A stretch of DNA of 37,771 bases from a virus (Duplodnaviria > Caudoviricetes), in the IMG/VR virus record IMGVR_UViG_3300050196_000125, positions 1-37,771 of that record, one strand, 5' to 3'. Below are positions 1-8,225 of this stretch, in pieces (position 1 is the first letter of the stretch; every line of letters starts with the position of its first letter). The translations under genes and the position numbers were made by a program. The notes under the pieces were generated by a model. That model was not told where the DNA came from. It saw only the letters and a list, made by a program, of their open reading frames with translations, and did no database searches.

Positions 1-137
1 GGACTTTTATTGCTAAATCACCTTGCTTGCAGTTCATGACCATCCCCCAAGCAGCACCGGCAGATAGCCAGACATCAGCAAGAACACACAGCCAAAAGCA
101 GCCACAGTGCCGACCAGATCACGCACGCGCCAAGGGC
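1..137. repeat. Terminal direct repeat / circular assembly overlap, copy 1
   Basis: 1-137 matches 37635-37771. The first 126 nt are identical, with mismatches at positions 127 and 134. Confidence 0.95.
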
Positions 138-192
138 TGTGGTCTTCGCGCAGGTTGCCGAACTCGTCAAAGTTCTTTTTGTATTGGTTCAT
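34..192 (-). CDS. Small hypothetical membrane protein
   Basis: MNQYKK... start preceded by a GGAG RBS. Hydrophobic C-terminus; overlaps neighbours by ATGA coupling. Confidence 0.6.
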   Translation of the reverse strand: MNQYKKNFDEFGNLREDHSPWRVRDLVGTVAAFGCVFLLMSGYLPVLLGGWS

Positions 193-419
193 TGCTGCTC
201 TCCTGTGTGGCACTTCAGCGATTCGCAATACTTGCGGGCTGCTTGCCATGTGTCGAAATACTCATGGGTTTCATCGGTGATTGATGGCTCGTCGTGGAGT
301 TGCCAGCCTCCGCACCAGTCACCCGCTGCTGTCTGATAGACGCAATAGAAGCCGCTATCAAACGTGAGCTGATGCTCTCTGGTGGTTGGGTCTTTCTCCC
401 AAGTTGGTTGCTTAGTCAT
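189..419 (-). CDS. Hypothetical phage early protein
   Basis: 76-aa ORF translationally coupled to both neighbours. Confidence 0.6.
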   Translation of the reverse strand: MTKQPTWEKDPTTREHQLTFDSGFYCVYQTAAGDWCGGWQLHDEPSITDETHEYFDTWQAARKYCESLKCHTGEQQ

Positions 420-784
420 ACAACTGCATTCCCAATTTCTGCCGCATTGCGGTCTATGTAATCAGCCGCTACCGCTTCACGCAGTGCAGCAACAAGTGGA
501 CATTCGCTATTCGCAAACACCGCCAAAAGCGCCTCTAGTGGCTTGCCGTAGGTCATGGCGTCCTTGATTGCTTCATCCATTTCTAGAGAGGCAATCACTA
601 CCCCGCTACTGCGTTCAAGCGGAAGGGGAAGGCTCAGGCGCTTGGGGTGAACCTTGCGCACCGTCACTGTCAGCAGTTCGCGTATCTCAGCGGCTGCGTG
701 TTGCTCTGCCTTGATCTGCCGAGCCAGCAAGCTGTCTTGCATGTCGCCAATCTCTGCTGCGTGTTCGATTGCGTCTAAGTGCAT
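416..784 (-). CDS. Hypothetical phage early protein
   Basis: 122-aa ORF with an AGGAG RBS, coupled within the leftward operon. Confidence 0.7.
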   Translation of the reverse strand: MHLDAIEHAAEIGDMQDSLLARQIKAEQHAAAEIRELLTVTVRKVHPKRLSLPLPLERSSGVVIASLEMDEAIKDAMTYGKPLEALLAVFANSECPLVAALREAVAADYIDRNAAEIGNAVV

Positions 785-785
785 G

Positions 786-1640
786 TCAATACTCCTGAGC
801 CTCTAGGCGAGTGATGAAGAAATGGATGCCGCTGGCGCATTCCTCTTGCCAGTTTTCATCGAATGAATCAGGGGTGACGCGCTGGCCTGCTCGGTATTCC
901 GTCTTGCCATCGTGCGAAGAAATAGCGACCTCTGCGCCAATCACTTCCAGCACATCCGCATATTCAGCACGGCACTTTCGTCCAAATGCGTGCGAGCGCT
1001 TTGCCGTCTCTGGAATGCGTAATTTGACAATCACGCTGTTCTTGCATTTCTTCCAGCCGATCAGGTCGCCATCAGGAAGAATGCGCGTTTTTGCAATGGC
1101 GATTTCTGCGCCTTTGGCATCCGCAAGGTAGGCATCCGCAAGGTTGGCACCCGCAAGGTTGGCACGCGCAAGGTTGGCACCCGCAAGGTTGGCATCCGCA
1201 AGGTTGGCACCCGCAAGGTTGGCACGCGCAAGGTTGGCACCCGCAAGGTTGGCACCCGCAAGGTAGGCACCCGCAAGGTTGGCACGCGCAAGGTTGGCAC
1301 CCGCAAGGTTGGCATCCGCAAGGTTGGCACCCGCAAGGTTGGCACGCGCAAGGTTGGCACCCGCAAGGTTGGCACCCGCAAGGTAGGCACCCGCAAGGTA
1401 GGCATCCGCAAGGTTGGCACCCGCAAGGTAGGCATCCGCAAGGTAGGCATCCGCAAGGTAGGCATCCGCAAGGTAGGCATCCGCAAGGTTGGCACCCGCA
1501 AGGTAGGCATCCGCAAGGTTGGCACGCGCTTTAACAGCTTGCTCCAGCACGTAGCGCATTGCCATGCCGCTCGATTGCTCTGGAACTTCGCATTCAAAAA
1601 GAACCTCATCGGTAAAACGGTGTTTGATTTGCTGCTTCAT
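786..1640 (-). CDS. Pentapeptide-repeat protein with DUF5758-like C-terminal domain
   Basis: 27 A(G/D/R)A(N/Y)L repeats, then C-terminal IGWKK...RKCRAEYA...ECASGIHFFITRLEA. AAGGAG RBS before the ATG at 1640. Confidence 0.9.
   Translation of the reverse strand: MKQQIKHRFTDEVLFECEVPEQSSGMAMRYVLEQAVKARANLADAYLAGANLADAYLADAYLADAYLADAYLAGANLADAYLAGAYLAGANLAGANLARANLAGANLADANLAGANLARANLAGAYLAGANLAGANLARANLAGANLADANLAGANLARANLAGANLADAYLADAKGAEIAIAKTRILPDGDLIGWKKCKNSVIVKLRIPETAKRSHAFGRKCRAEYADVLEVIGAEVAISSHDGKTEYRAGQRVTPDSFDENWQEECASGIHFFITRLEAQEY
1116..1529 (-). repeat. 15-bp tandem repeat array (27 units + 9 bp)
   Basis: Minus-strand unit GCG-(GGT/GAT/CGT)-GCC-(AAC/TAC)-CTT. Confidence 0.95.
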
Positions 1641-1813
1641 TAGTTGCTCCTTGAAAAACAAAAGGCCCCGATGTGGAGCCTTGTGATTTCCCCCTCGTTA
1701 GAAGGGGAGGGGTTTGTTGAATGAAGGTTTATTTGCTTGCGTTTGACAACTAACAGGATGACTAACCGAAAGACTTATGCTGGGTCGGGAAGGTGGCTAT
1801 CCCTCATTAACCC

Positions 1814-2128
1814 TTATGCCGCTTTACTAACTGCATCACTAACTGCGCTACTTTGCTTCGCTTCAAAACCATTGCATTCCTCAAGCCATACGGGGTCATA
1901 GTTCAGCGGATGCATGAACCATCCACTCTTGATGCCGTGCGGGTTTCCTTTCATAGTGATCTCTCCTTGTGTTGCTGCAATAGGGCCTACCCTTTGGCTT
2001 GCGTGCAGCGTTGCTATCAGCGCCAAAACGGGGTTCATTCCGTTTTCAAACGCAGGGTGCTTGCATTGACTGTGTGCATCGCCTGCAAGGTCTCGGCGGT
2101 GTTTGCACTCATAACAATTCGGTTTCAT
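1814..2128 (-). CDS. Hypothetical Cys-rich phage protein (first substantial gene of the PL operon)
   Basis: CYECKH...C and WFMHPLNYDPVWLEEC motifs; AAGGAG RBS. Confidence 0.75.
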   Translation of the reverse strand: MKPNCYECKHRRDLAGDAHSQCKHPAFENGMNPVLALIATLHASQRVGPIAATQGEITMKGNPHGIKSGWFMHPLNYDPVWLEECNGFEAKQSSAVSDAVSKAA

Positions 2129-2305
2129 TCGTTGCTCCTTGGTTGATGTGGCAGCGCACTTTCTGCAAATGCGCTCTCAAATCCGTCGCCATCGCCAGGG
2201 CGCTCTGCAACTTCCATTCGTTGCCTGTTCCATGTTTCCAGCCGTGGTAGCTGCTCGCTGTGGGGCATTCCCTTTGCTGCTCCGCTTTGTTTGCGGCATG
2301 GGTGT

Positions 2306-2348
2306 ATTACATCAAACGGTGTTAGCGATGTCAACACTATTTGATGTA
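2306..2348 (-). promoter_or_regulatory. PL promoter with OL operators
   Basis: Minus-strand TTGACA (2334-2329), 17 bp, TGTAAT (2311-2306). Inverted operator pair TACATCAAACGGTGT (2308-2322) / ACACTATTTGATGTA (2334-2348) matches OR. Confidence 0.85.
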
Positions 2349-2518
2349 AATTTGCATAAATTTTTTTCTAGGGAGTAACCCTAGGAGCCAAATGGACGTA
2401 AAAAAACCGCCTCGGTGGTGTGTTCATGCGGCGGGTGTTGGTTGCAAACCCACACTGACGGAGGAATTTGCAAAGCGGCGGTTGCTCAAATATGAGCAAC
2501 AGAGGACAATCTAGGGCT

Positions 2519-2848
2519 ATGCCAACAAAGAAGCACATTCACGCATCCGATCTCGTCCTGCGCTGCATTGCATTGGAGCGCCGTGGGTACTGGGTTGCCA
2601 TGTGCATTGATCTTGACCTGACTGTGCAGGCCGACACATGGCCTCAAGCACGCAAGCTTTTGCGCGGTCAGATTGCTAGCTATGTTTCAGACGCTATCGG
2701 CGTGGACAACGAGCATGCACGGTCGTTGTTAAGTCGCAAAGCTCCATTGCGTTACTTCGCCATGTATTACTACGCGAAGCTCATTCATAGCGCCAAAAGA
2801 GTGCTCTGCTTTGATGCGGCTATGCCGCTGACTCCTGCCATTGCATGA
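2519..2848 (+). CDS. hicB: HicB-like antitoxin (N-terminal fold only, no obvious DNA-binding domain)
   Basis: YWVAMCIDLDLTVQADTWPQARKLL motif; ATGA-coupled to the HicA-like gene. An alternative start exists at 2492. Confidence 0.7.
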   Translation: MPTKKHIHASDLVLRCIALERRGYWVAMCIDLDLTVQADTWPQARKLLRGQIASYVSDAIGVDNEHARSLLSRKAPLRYFAMYYYAKLIHSAKRVLCFDAAMPLTPAIA

Positions 2849-3081
2849 GTCGGTGGAAGCGGCCTCTCAAGGCCGCAGAGGTTCGCAAGATACTGCGCAA
2901 CCTAGGATTTACGCCAAGGCCCATAAAAGGCACAGGCCATGAGCACTGGGTTGCTGAAAACCCATTTCGAAAAGTCACTCTCAGCGCACACAATGAGCCG
3001 TTTGACGATTTCATCGTGTCAAGCATGGCTCGGCAGGCTGGGGTCTCTGTAAAAGAGTTCTACCAGGCACTGCAGACGTAA
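2845..3081 (+). CDS. hicA: HicA-family mRNA interferase toxin
   Basis: EVRKILRNLGF...GTGHEHW...KVTL...H...ARQAGVSVKEF, a typical HicA pattern with the GxH catalytic His. Confidence 0.85.
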   Translation: MSRWKRPLKAAEVRKILRNLGFTPRPIKGTGHEHWVAENPFRKVTLSAHNEPFDDFIVSSMARQAGVSVKEFYQALQT

Positions 3082-3104
3082 AAAACCGCCTCGGCGGGCG
3101 GTTT
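3080..3104 (-). terminator. Intrinsic terminator between convergent hicA and lipoprotein genes
   Basis: AAAAAACCGCC-TCGGCG-GGCGGTTT hairpin with a U-tract on the minus strand. Confidence 0.7.
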
Positions 3105-3123
3105 GCGATCTTCTAAGGCTTGA

Positions 3124-3462
3124 CTATCTAACTTCTATAGTTGTCACGCCGTTGTCTTTCCGCATATCAGGATTGGCAGATTTGGCAACGCATTTAAAGG
3201 TGAGGTTTGCACTACCCAAGCGAGTGCCGGGTATTGGAGTCTTGGCCTCTTGTGTGACCAATTGAAATTCTTTGCCAATATTTGCGCAAAAGGCGTTGCC
3301 CTCTTGAATAAGCTCAAGCATGACGGCATCCACACTACCGAACATGCCTCCTGTGTTTGTCTTGGTGGCGAAATAGGTGTCACCGCCGATTTTTGCTGGC
3401 GGCTGTCTACTGGCACACCCAGCCAAAGCAATTACGCAGGCAGGCAATATAAAACGCTTCAT
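3124..3462 (-). CDS. Lipoprotein, candidate superinfection-exclusion factor
   Basis: MKRFILPACVIALAGC signal peptide with lipobox; located in the immunity region downstream of cI. Confidence 0.75.
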   Translation of the reverse strand: MKRFILPACVIALAGCASRQPPAKIGGDTYFATKTNTGGMFGSVDAVMLELIQEGNAFCANIGKEFQLVTQEAKTPIPGTRLGSANLTFKCVAKSANPDMRKDNGVTTIEVR

Positions 3463-3568
3463 AAGTCACTTCCTTGGTTTAAATGCGGCCTTTGCGGCAC
3501 TAGTTGTCTATTTGGTCAAATTCCCCCGAATGGGGGATTACCTTCATTCGTACATCCTGTAACACTTG

Positions 3569-3588
3569 TACTGTGTTTGCATCCAGCA
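3569..3588. promoter_or_regulatory. LexA (SOS) box 1
   Basis: TACTG-TGTTTGCATC-CAGCA fits CTG-N10-CAG. Confidence 0.55.
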
Positions 3589-3668
3589 TTCATTGAAATT
3601 GATAAGACCATTTACTGATTTTTGTGATTTTAAAATGGAACCAAAAAGACAGCACAAGCCCTGCGAAA

Positions 3669-3688
3669 CACTGTATAAACGTACAGTA
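3669..3688. promoter_or_regulatory. LexA (SOS) box 2
   Basis: CACTG-TATAAACGTA-CAGTA, close to consensus, directly upstream of AAGGAGG and an ATG. Confidence 0.8.
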
Positions 3689-3701
3689 TTAAGGAGGCAA
3701 G

Positions 3702-3881
3702 ATGCAATTTAGCGTGTACAAAATGGACAAGAGCGCGACAGTAGCGCTCTCAGAAGAAGCGATGAAGCCGGATGAACTCGCGGCGCGTGTGGCCGAGCTT
3801 GAGCGGGAAAAAAGGCGATACATCGTGTTCCCCACTAATGCCTACATGGCTAGTTGGCAGCGCGCTTTGGCAGGAATTTGA
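3702..3881 (+). CDS. 59-aa SOS-regulated protein, candidate antirepressor (absent from the ORF track)
   Basis: MQFSVYKMDKSATVALSEEAMKPDELAARVAELEREKRRYIVFPTNAYMASWQRALAGI; AAGGAGG RBS at 3691-3697; follows the LexA box. Confidence 0.6.
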   Translation: MQFSVYKMDKSATVALSEEAMKPDELAARVAELEREKRRYIVFPTNAYMASWQRALAGI

Positions 3882-4242
3882 CCAGAGCTGCAACGGCTGC
3901 GTTATAGGCCGCGCTCTCCGTTCCGTCATCTTCATCAAAGCCAAACTGGTCAAAAGTCTTGGCTAGGTCATAGGCTACCTGCGAAAGATTGCCAGAGACT
4001 CCACCTGGCTCGAAATAGCCATCTCCTAGGCCAGCGTAGTTAGCCAGAGCATTGGCAACTGTGGGGCCGAATGAGCCATGCCCATACAAAATGTTGTTGA
4101 TCTGGTTGGACTTCCTATCGAAGTGCTTACCAATATCAACCACCGCCCACGTTCCATCGGGATTCTTCCATCCCTTTGACTCGCAGTATTTGCGGAACGC
4201 CTCTCGGCGCGCTTCCGTGTTCGGGTCTTGAGTTTTAGCCAT
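3850..4242 (-). CDS. cI: Phage repressor (CI-like, HTH only, no S24 peptidase domain)
   Basis: Divergent from cro across the operators; HTH-like segment DIGKHFDRKSNQINNILYGHGSFG; only 130 aa. Confidence 0.7.
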   Translation of the reverse strand: MAKTQDPNTEARREAFRKYCESKGWKNPDGTWAVVDIGKHFDRKSNQINNILYGHGSFGPTVANALANYAGLGDGYFEPGGVSGNLSQVAYDLAKTFDQFGFDEDDGTESAAYNAAVAALVKFLPKRAAN

Positions 4243-4264
4243 GGCGCGGTTTTACTCGCACAAA

Positions 4265-4307
4265 TACATCAAATAGTGTTGACAAGGACTACACTATTTG
4301 ATGTAAT
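4265..4307 (+). promoter_or_regulatory. PR promoter with OR operators
   Basis: Perfect 15-bp inverted repeat TACATCAAATAGTGT (4265-4279) / ACACTATTTGATGTA (4291-4305). TTGACA (4279-4284), 17 bp, TGTAAT (4302-4307). Confidence 0.88.
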
Positions 4308-4313
4308 TTGTCC

Positions 4314-4562
4314 ATGTCCTTCAAAACCTACTTCATGAGCCTCACGCCTGAACAGCGGGAGGACTTCGCGGATTCCTGTGAAACCAGCAGGGGCCATTTG
4401 CAAAACGTCGCTTATGGATACCGCACTTGCTCCCCTGAGCTTGCAGTCGCTATCGAACGCGAAAGCAAGAAGGCCGTGAGCCGCACAGCTTTGATTTCCA
4501 ACTGGAAAGCCATCTGGCCTGAGTTGGTCAAGAAGCAAAAGAAACAAGTCTCCGAGGTCTGA
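4314..4562 (+). CDS. cro: Cro/YdaS-like HTH regulator
   Basis: REDFADSCETSRGHLQNVAYGYRTCSPELAVAIERES...VSR is a Cro/YdaS pattern; first gene after PR. Confidence 0.85.
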   Translation: MSFKTYFMSLTPEQREDFADSCETSRGHLQNVAYGYRTCSPELAVAIERESKKAVSRTALISNWKAIWPELVKKQKKQVSEV

Positions 4563-4660
4563 CATGCAAGGCATTCATTGGTTTGAGTGCCTTCATTTTT
4601 CGCCAGCCTCAACTGGTAAGTCATGCGGTTAGTCGATTGTATTTTTCTAAAGGTAACGAA

Positions 4661-5002
4661 ATGAGCCAGCTAACTCTCCCGATGCTCACAGTGTACGAAG
4701 GCCCCCGCCTAGTGCCTGCTGATGTGGTTGCTGCTTGCAAGACCTACCGCGATGCAGTCCGCATGTGCTGGAACCTCAAGCCACGCACCCGCATGACCCG
4801 CGCTCAGTTGGCAGAGGAAACAGGCTGCTACGCCTCTCACGTCACCGACTACCTGAGCGAAGAACCCACACGCCGCAGCCTGCCTGCTGAACACATCCAA
4901 GCGTTTGAAGTGGCTTGCGGTAACCGCCTGATTACTCAGTGGATGGCAGCTCAAGCCCATTTCACGATTCTCGAAACCCTCCTGCAACAGAAGGCTGCTT
5001 AA
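4661..5002 (+). CDS. CII-like / XRE HTH regulator
   Basis: MTRAQLAEETGCYASHVTDYLS HTH and CGNRLITQW; located after cro. Confidence 0.7.
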   Translation: MSQLTLPMLTVYEGPRLVPADVVAACKTYRDAVRMCWNLKPRTRMTRAQLAEETGCYASHVTDYLSEEPTRRSLPAEHIQAFEVACGNRLITQWMAAQAHFTILETLLQQKAA

Positions 5003-5004
5003 CC

Positions 5005-5193
5005 ATGACACAGACAAAGAACAACCTCTCGGCCTTCCATTGGCAAGGCCCCTCCAAGGTAATCGACCAGTTTGGCCGAATCAAGTCTGAGCGCCAGCAC
5101 CTCTTGGACGCAACTCGCGTGAATCAGTACAGCGACGTTGCTCGCAGCACTGACAGCACCAAGTCACAACGCATCAGCAAGGCAGCTATCTAA
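5005..5193 (+). CDS. Hypothetical protein
   Basis: 62-aa ORF filling the gap between the CII-like gene and the replication gene. Confidence 0.55.
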   Translation: MTQTKNNLSAFHWQGPSKVIDQFGRIKSERQHLLDATRVNQYSDVARSTDSTKSQRISKAAI

Positions 5194-5958
5194 ATGGCAA
5201 ACCAGTGGCTCAGGCTCTGGCATGACATGCCAACAGACCCCAAGTGGCGCACCATTTCCAAGGTTAGCGGCCAGCGTATCGGTGACGTCATTGCAGTGTT
5301 CACTCACCTGCTTGTATGTGCATCGAACGCAACCGAACGCGGCAGAACGCATTCTTTCAATTGTGAAGATGTTGCGAGCGCACTAGACCTAGAGACCGAA
5401 CAAGTCACTGCAATCATTGATGCAATGCAGTCCCGAGTTTTGGACGGTGACAAGCTCAAAGGGTGGGAATCTAGGCAGGTTGCACGTGAAGACGGTAGCG
5501 CAGAACGTGCAAAAGCATGGCGTGAAGCTCAAAAAGCCAAGACTGAACGCACACCGAACGCACCCGAACGAAAACAAACCCCAGATAAAGATACAGATAA
5601 AGATACAGATAAGAAGAATACAAAGACAAAGGCTAGCGCCTTCGTCATCCCTGATTGGATTGACCAAGCTCATTGGGACACATGGCATAGCTGCGCTAAA
5701 CGCAATAAAGCCACTGACGAACAAAAAGCCTTGGCCGTAGAGACGCTCTCCGAGTGGAAAAACGCAGGCCTTGACTACAAGACCGCTCTGAAAAACGCAG
5801 CCGTTGGTGGTTGGCAGGGTCTGTTTTTGCCTGACCAACAAGCAGCTGGCAAGCCTGCCAAGCAACCCCTGAACAAGCAACAAGCCCTTGAGCAACGCAA
5901 CCGCGCAGTTGCTGAGGAATGGCTGCGCCAACAGGAGATCAATGATGCATCAGTCTGA
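5194..5958 (+). CDS. Phage replication initiation protein (O-like)
   Basis: MANQWLRLWHDMPTDPKW N-terminus, SAERAKAWRE, DKDTDKDTDK linker and C-terminal GWQGLF; contains internal iteron-like repeats. Confidence 0.8.
   Translation: MANQWLRLWHDMPTDPKWRTISKVSGQRIGDVIAVFTHLLVCASNATERGRTHSFNCEDVASALDLETEQVTAIIDAMQSRVLDGDKLKGWESRQVAREDGSAERAKAWREAQKAKTERTPNAPERKQTPDKDTDKDTDKKNTKTKASAFVIPDWIDQAHWDTWHSCAKRNKATDEQKALAVETLSEWKNAGLDYKTALKNAAVGGWQGLFLPDQQAAGKPAKQPLNKQQALEQRNRAVAEEWLRQQEINDASV
5325..5630. repeat. Candidate replication origin: GAACG(C) iterons plus AT-rich CAGATAAAGATA repeats
   Basis: Three GAACGC at 5325-5350 and three GAACG(C) at 5545-5570, about 10 bp apart, followed by CAGATAAAGATA repeats at 5582-5613. 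Confidence 0.55.
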
Positions 5959-6589
5959 AAAACCAAAGTTTGTCGGCCTGCTGGCTGACGTGATGGCGTA
6001 CTACCGCCAAGACACAAGCCCGTTCCTGATTAACGTCTGGTGGGATGCCTGCCAGAACGTGAGTTTTGAGGAAGTGGCTAAGGCCATCAACGCTCATGTG
6101 AAAGACGCAGAGCGCGGCCAATTTGCTCCGAAGGTTGCGGACATTGCTCGCACACTGGTCGGCACCACTACCGACAAGGCAGCGCTGGCATGGGGCACGG
6201 TGCAGGGAGCTATGGGTTCCGTAGGTGCGTATCAGGACGTATGTTTTGACGAGCCAGCGATTCATGCAGCGATTGTGGATTGTGGCGGCTGGACAAAGAT
6301 GTGCCGCACCGACCTGAACGAACTGAGCTACTTGCAGCACCGTTTCTGCAATGCCTACAAAGCCTATACAGGGCGCGGGGATTTTGAGTATCCCCGCCAG
6401 CTTTCCGGTGATCGTTCATCTGATGCGCTTTATGCCAAGCGTGGCCTTCCACCGCCTAAGCCTGTACTGGTCGGTAACCCTGAGCAAGCCAAGCGTGTCC
6501 TGGCATTGGGTGGCAACGGTGGCCCTCAGATCACATTCAGCAATGTCTTGAACAAGCTGGCTATTCCTGACCATCGGGAGGCTGCATGA
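5945..6589 (+). CDS. Replication protein partner (DUF6475-like, P-position gene)
   Basis: FAPKVADI...AW..V...VGAYQDVCFDEPAIHAAIVDCGGW; AGGAG RBS. Confidence 0.75.
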   Translation: MHQSEKPKFVGLLADVMAYYRQDTSPFLINVWWDACQNVSFEEVAKAINAHVKDAERGQFAPKVADIARTLVGTTTDKAALAWGTVQGAMGSVGAYQDVCFDEPAIHAAIVDCGGWTKMCRTDLNELSYLQHRFCNAYKAYTGRGDFEYPRQLSGDRSSDALYAKRGLPPPKPVLVGNPEQAKRVLALGGNGGPQITFSNVLNKLAIPDHREAA

Positions 6590-6699
6590 GCTACTCCGAA
6601 GCAGTCTCAATCCTGATTCGCGTTCGTGCTGGAGACAAAACGCCAACCTTTGCACAGATCACACAAGCACTGGTTTTGACCGGCGACTTGGATGTTTAG
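6586..6699 (+). CDS. 37-aa hypothetical protein
   Basis: MSYSEAVSILIRVRAGDKTPTFAQITQALVLTGDLDV; GGAGG RBS; ATGA-coupled. Confidence 0.55.
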   Translation: MSYSEAVSILIRVRAGDKTPTFAQITQALVLTGDLDV

Positions 6700-6877
6700 G
6701 GGCACGGAATGGCACCTACACGACTTAGCCAAATGGTACGCACATCTAGCAACACAGCAGGGATGGGGCGAGTACGTCAAGGCTCGACTCATGGAGCTGG
6801 AGCCGGAATGGGAAGGGCTGACGGAACTGGCTCGGCAGGAATGGAGAAGGCTGAATGAGATACGCCCGCCGAACTGA
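6692..6877 (+). CDS. Hypothetical protein
   Basis: 61-aa ORF overlapping both neighbours. Confidence 0.55.
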   Translation: MFRGTEWHLHDLAKWYAHLATQQGWGEYVKARLMELEPEWEGLTELARQEWRRLNEIRPPN

Positions 6878-7139
6878 CAACAACCAGACCGAAATAGTGC
6901 AGGCACTGCGCGAAGCCGGCGCGGTTGTAGAGGTCATCCATGAACCTGTAGACCTGCTGGTGTGGGCTGACAGCACTAAAGCCAAGTCGCCTATGTATGT
7001 AGAGGTCAAAAACCCCGCTACGAGCTATGGCCGCAAGGGACTGAACCCCAAGCAGCTAGGCGACATGGAGGGGCGTCCTTACGTCATGGTCACTGATGTG
7101 CAGGGCGCATTGGGTGCATTGCGGGTTTTGAGAGCATGA
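6855..7139 (+). CDS. PD-(D/E)XK nuclease, Holliday junction resolvase/VRR-NUC-like
   Basis: RRTDNNQTEIVQALREAGAVV...VDLLV...VEVKNP. Confidence 0.75.
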   Translation: MRYARRTDNNQTEIVQALREAGAVVEVIHEPVDLLVWADSTKAKSPMYVEVKNPATSYGRKGLNPKQLGDMEGRPYVMVTDVQGALGALRVLRA

Positions 7140-7567
7140 CCGCTCTAACGATCAACCTAGCCAACCGGCAGCAGGCATGGGACGCAATCAAGTTGCAGCT
7201 ATTCCCATTCCTAGCCGCTGGCCTGCAAGCCGGTAAGCGCTGGATTCTGACTGTTAAGCCAGAGACACGCAGCCAAGCCCAGAACCGCCTCATGTGGCCT
7301 TTGTTGGAGCAGTTCAGCAAACAGCTTCAATGGCCCGTCAGTGGGCAGATGGTGACTATGGACGCCGACGATTGGAAGGACGTTCTAACCGCTGCTTTCC
7401 GTGGAGAGACCGTGCGCCTAGCAATGGGCCTGAATGGTGGCGTTGTGATGCTTGGACAGCGCACCAGTAAGTTCACCAAGGCTGAGTTTTCAGAGTGGAT
7501 TGAGTTTCTATATGCAACGGCTGCGCAACGTGGCGTCAAGTTGCCAGCTTGGGAGGGTGAGGAATGA
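7136..7567 (+). CDS. ninB: NinB family recombination protein
   Basis: TRSQAQNRLMW...DWKD...RTSKFTKAEFSEWIEFLYA. Confidence 0.88.
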   Translation: MTALTINLANRQQAWDAIKLQLFPFLAAGLQAGKRWILTVKPETRSQAQNRLMWPLLEQFSKQLQWPVSGQMVTMDADDWKDVLTAAFRGETVRLAMGLNGGVVMLGQRTSKFTKAEFSEWIEFLYATAAQRGVKLPAWEGEE

Positions 7568-7845
7568 CCAAGCAAGAAAAAGAACACAAGCAGCGCCTAG
7601 CGGAAATGGGCTGCATGGTGTGCAAAAGACTCTACGGAGCGCACGAACCTGGCCCTGTGCAACTGCATCACCTCCGCACAGGTGGATGGGGCAAAGGTGA
7701 CTACACCACGCTGATACCGCTCTGCCCTGAACACCACACCGGAGACAGCGGGGTGCATGGGATGGGGACTCGCGGCTTCGCCAAGTACTACGGATTCACA
7801 CAACAAGATTTATTGGACGATGTAAGGAAGGAGCTACAGCAATGA
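7564..7845 (+). CDS. Ref-like (RecA-dependent) HNH nuclease
   Basis: GCMVC...QLHHLRTG...LIPLCPEHH...GVH. Confidence 0.75.
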   Translation: MTKQEKEHKQRLAEMGCMVCKRLYGAHEPGPVQLHHLRTGGWGKGDYTTLIPLCPEHHTGDSGVHGMGTRGFAKYYGFTQQDLLDDVRKELQQ

Positions 7846-8225
7846 ACGACACACACGAAGCATTGACATTTCACCCGCTTGAACAGGTGGGTGATGTGAA
7901 CAGCCAAGAGAAAGGCTCGGGCGCACGGTTTAACGCCGGTAAGCCTGATTTCAGCCTGATTCCGCTATCTACCTTGGAAGACGAGGCGCGAGTCTGGATG
8001 TACGGCAAACAGAAATACGCCGCATGGAATTGGGCAAAGGGTATGCCTTGGAGTGTCCCCCTTGCTTGCGCACTGCGTCACCTTGCCGCCTTTCAGCGTG
8101 GCGAAGACGTAGACCCCGAGTCTGGGCAACCGCACTTAGCACATGCCATGTGCAACCTGCGCATGTTGACGCTGTACAGCAAGACTTTTACAGAAGGCGA
8201 TGACCGTCCAAAGGAGTGGCTATGA
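7842..8225 (+). CDS. dATP/dGTP diphosphohydrolase-domain protein (DUF5664-like)
   Basis: GKPDFSLIP...YGKQKYAAWNWAKG...ALRHL...DPESGQPHLAHAMCN. Confidence 0.85.
   Translation: MNDTHEALTFHPLEQVGDVNSQEKGSGARFNAGKPDFSLIPLSTLEDEARVWMYGKQKYAAWNWAKGMPWSVPLACALRHLAAFQRGEDVDPESGQPHLAHAMCNLRMLTLYSKTFTEGDDRPKEWL

Noticed and set aside
1116-1529. CRISPR array or DGR-like repeat
   Set aside because: These are contiguous 15-bp in-frame coding units with no unique spacers, and no cas or reverse transcriptase gene is present.
1061-1609. Alternative-frame repeat ORFs (PTLRV..., HPQGW...)
   Set aside because: Shadows of the stop-free 15-bp repeat; only the 786-1640 frame has an RBS and conserved flanking domains.
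2130-2300. N-like antiterminator or nut site in the PL leader
   Set aside because: No convincing boxA/boxB or Arg-rich ORF with an RBS could be supported by eye.
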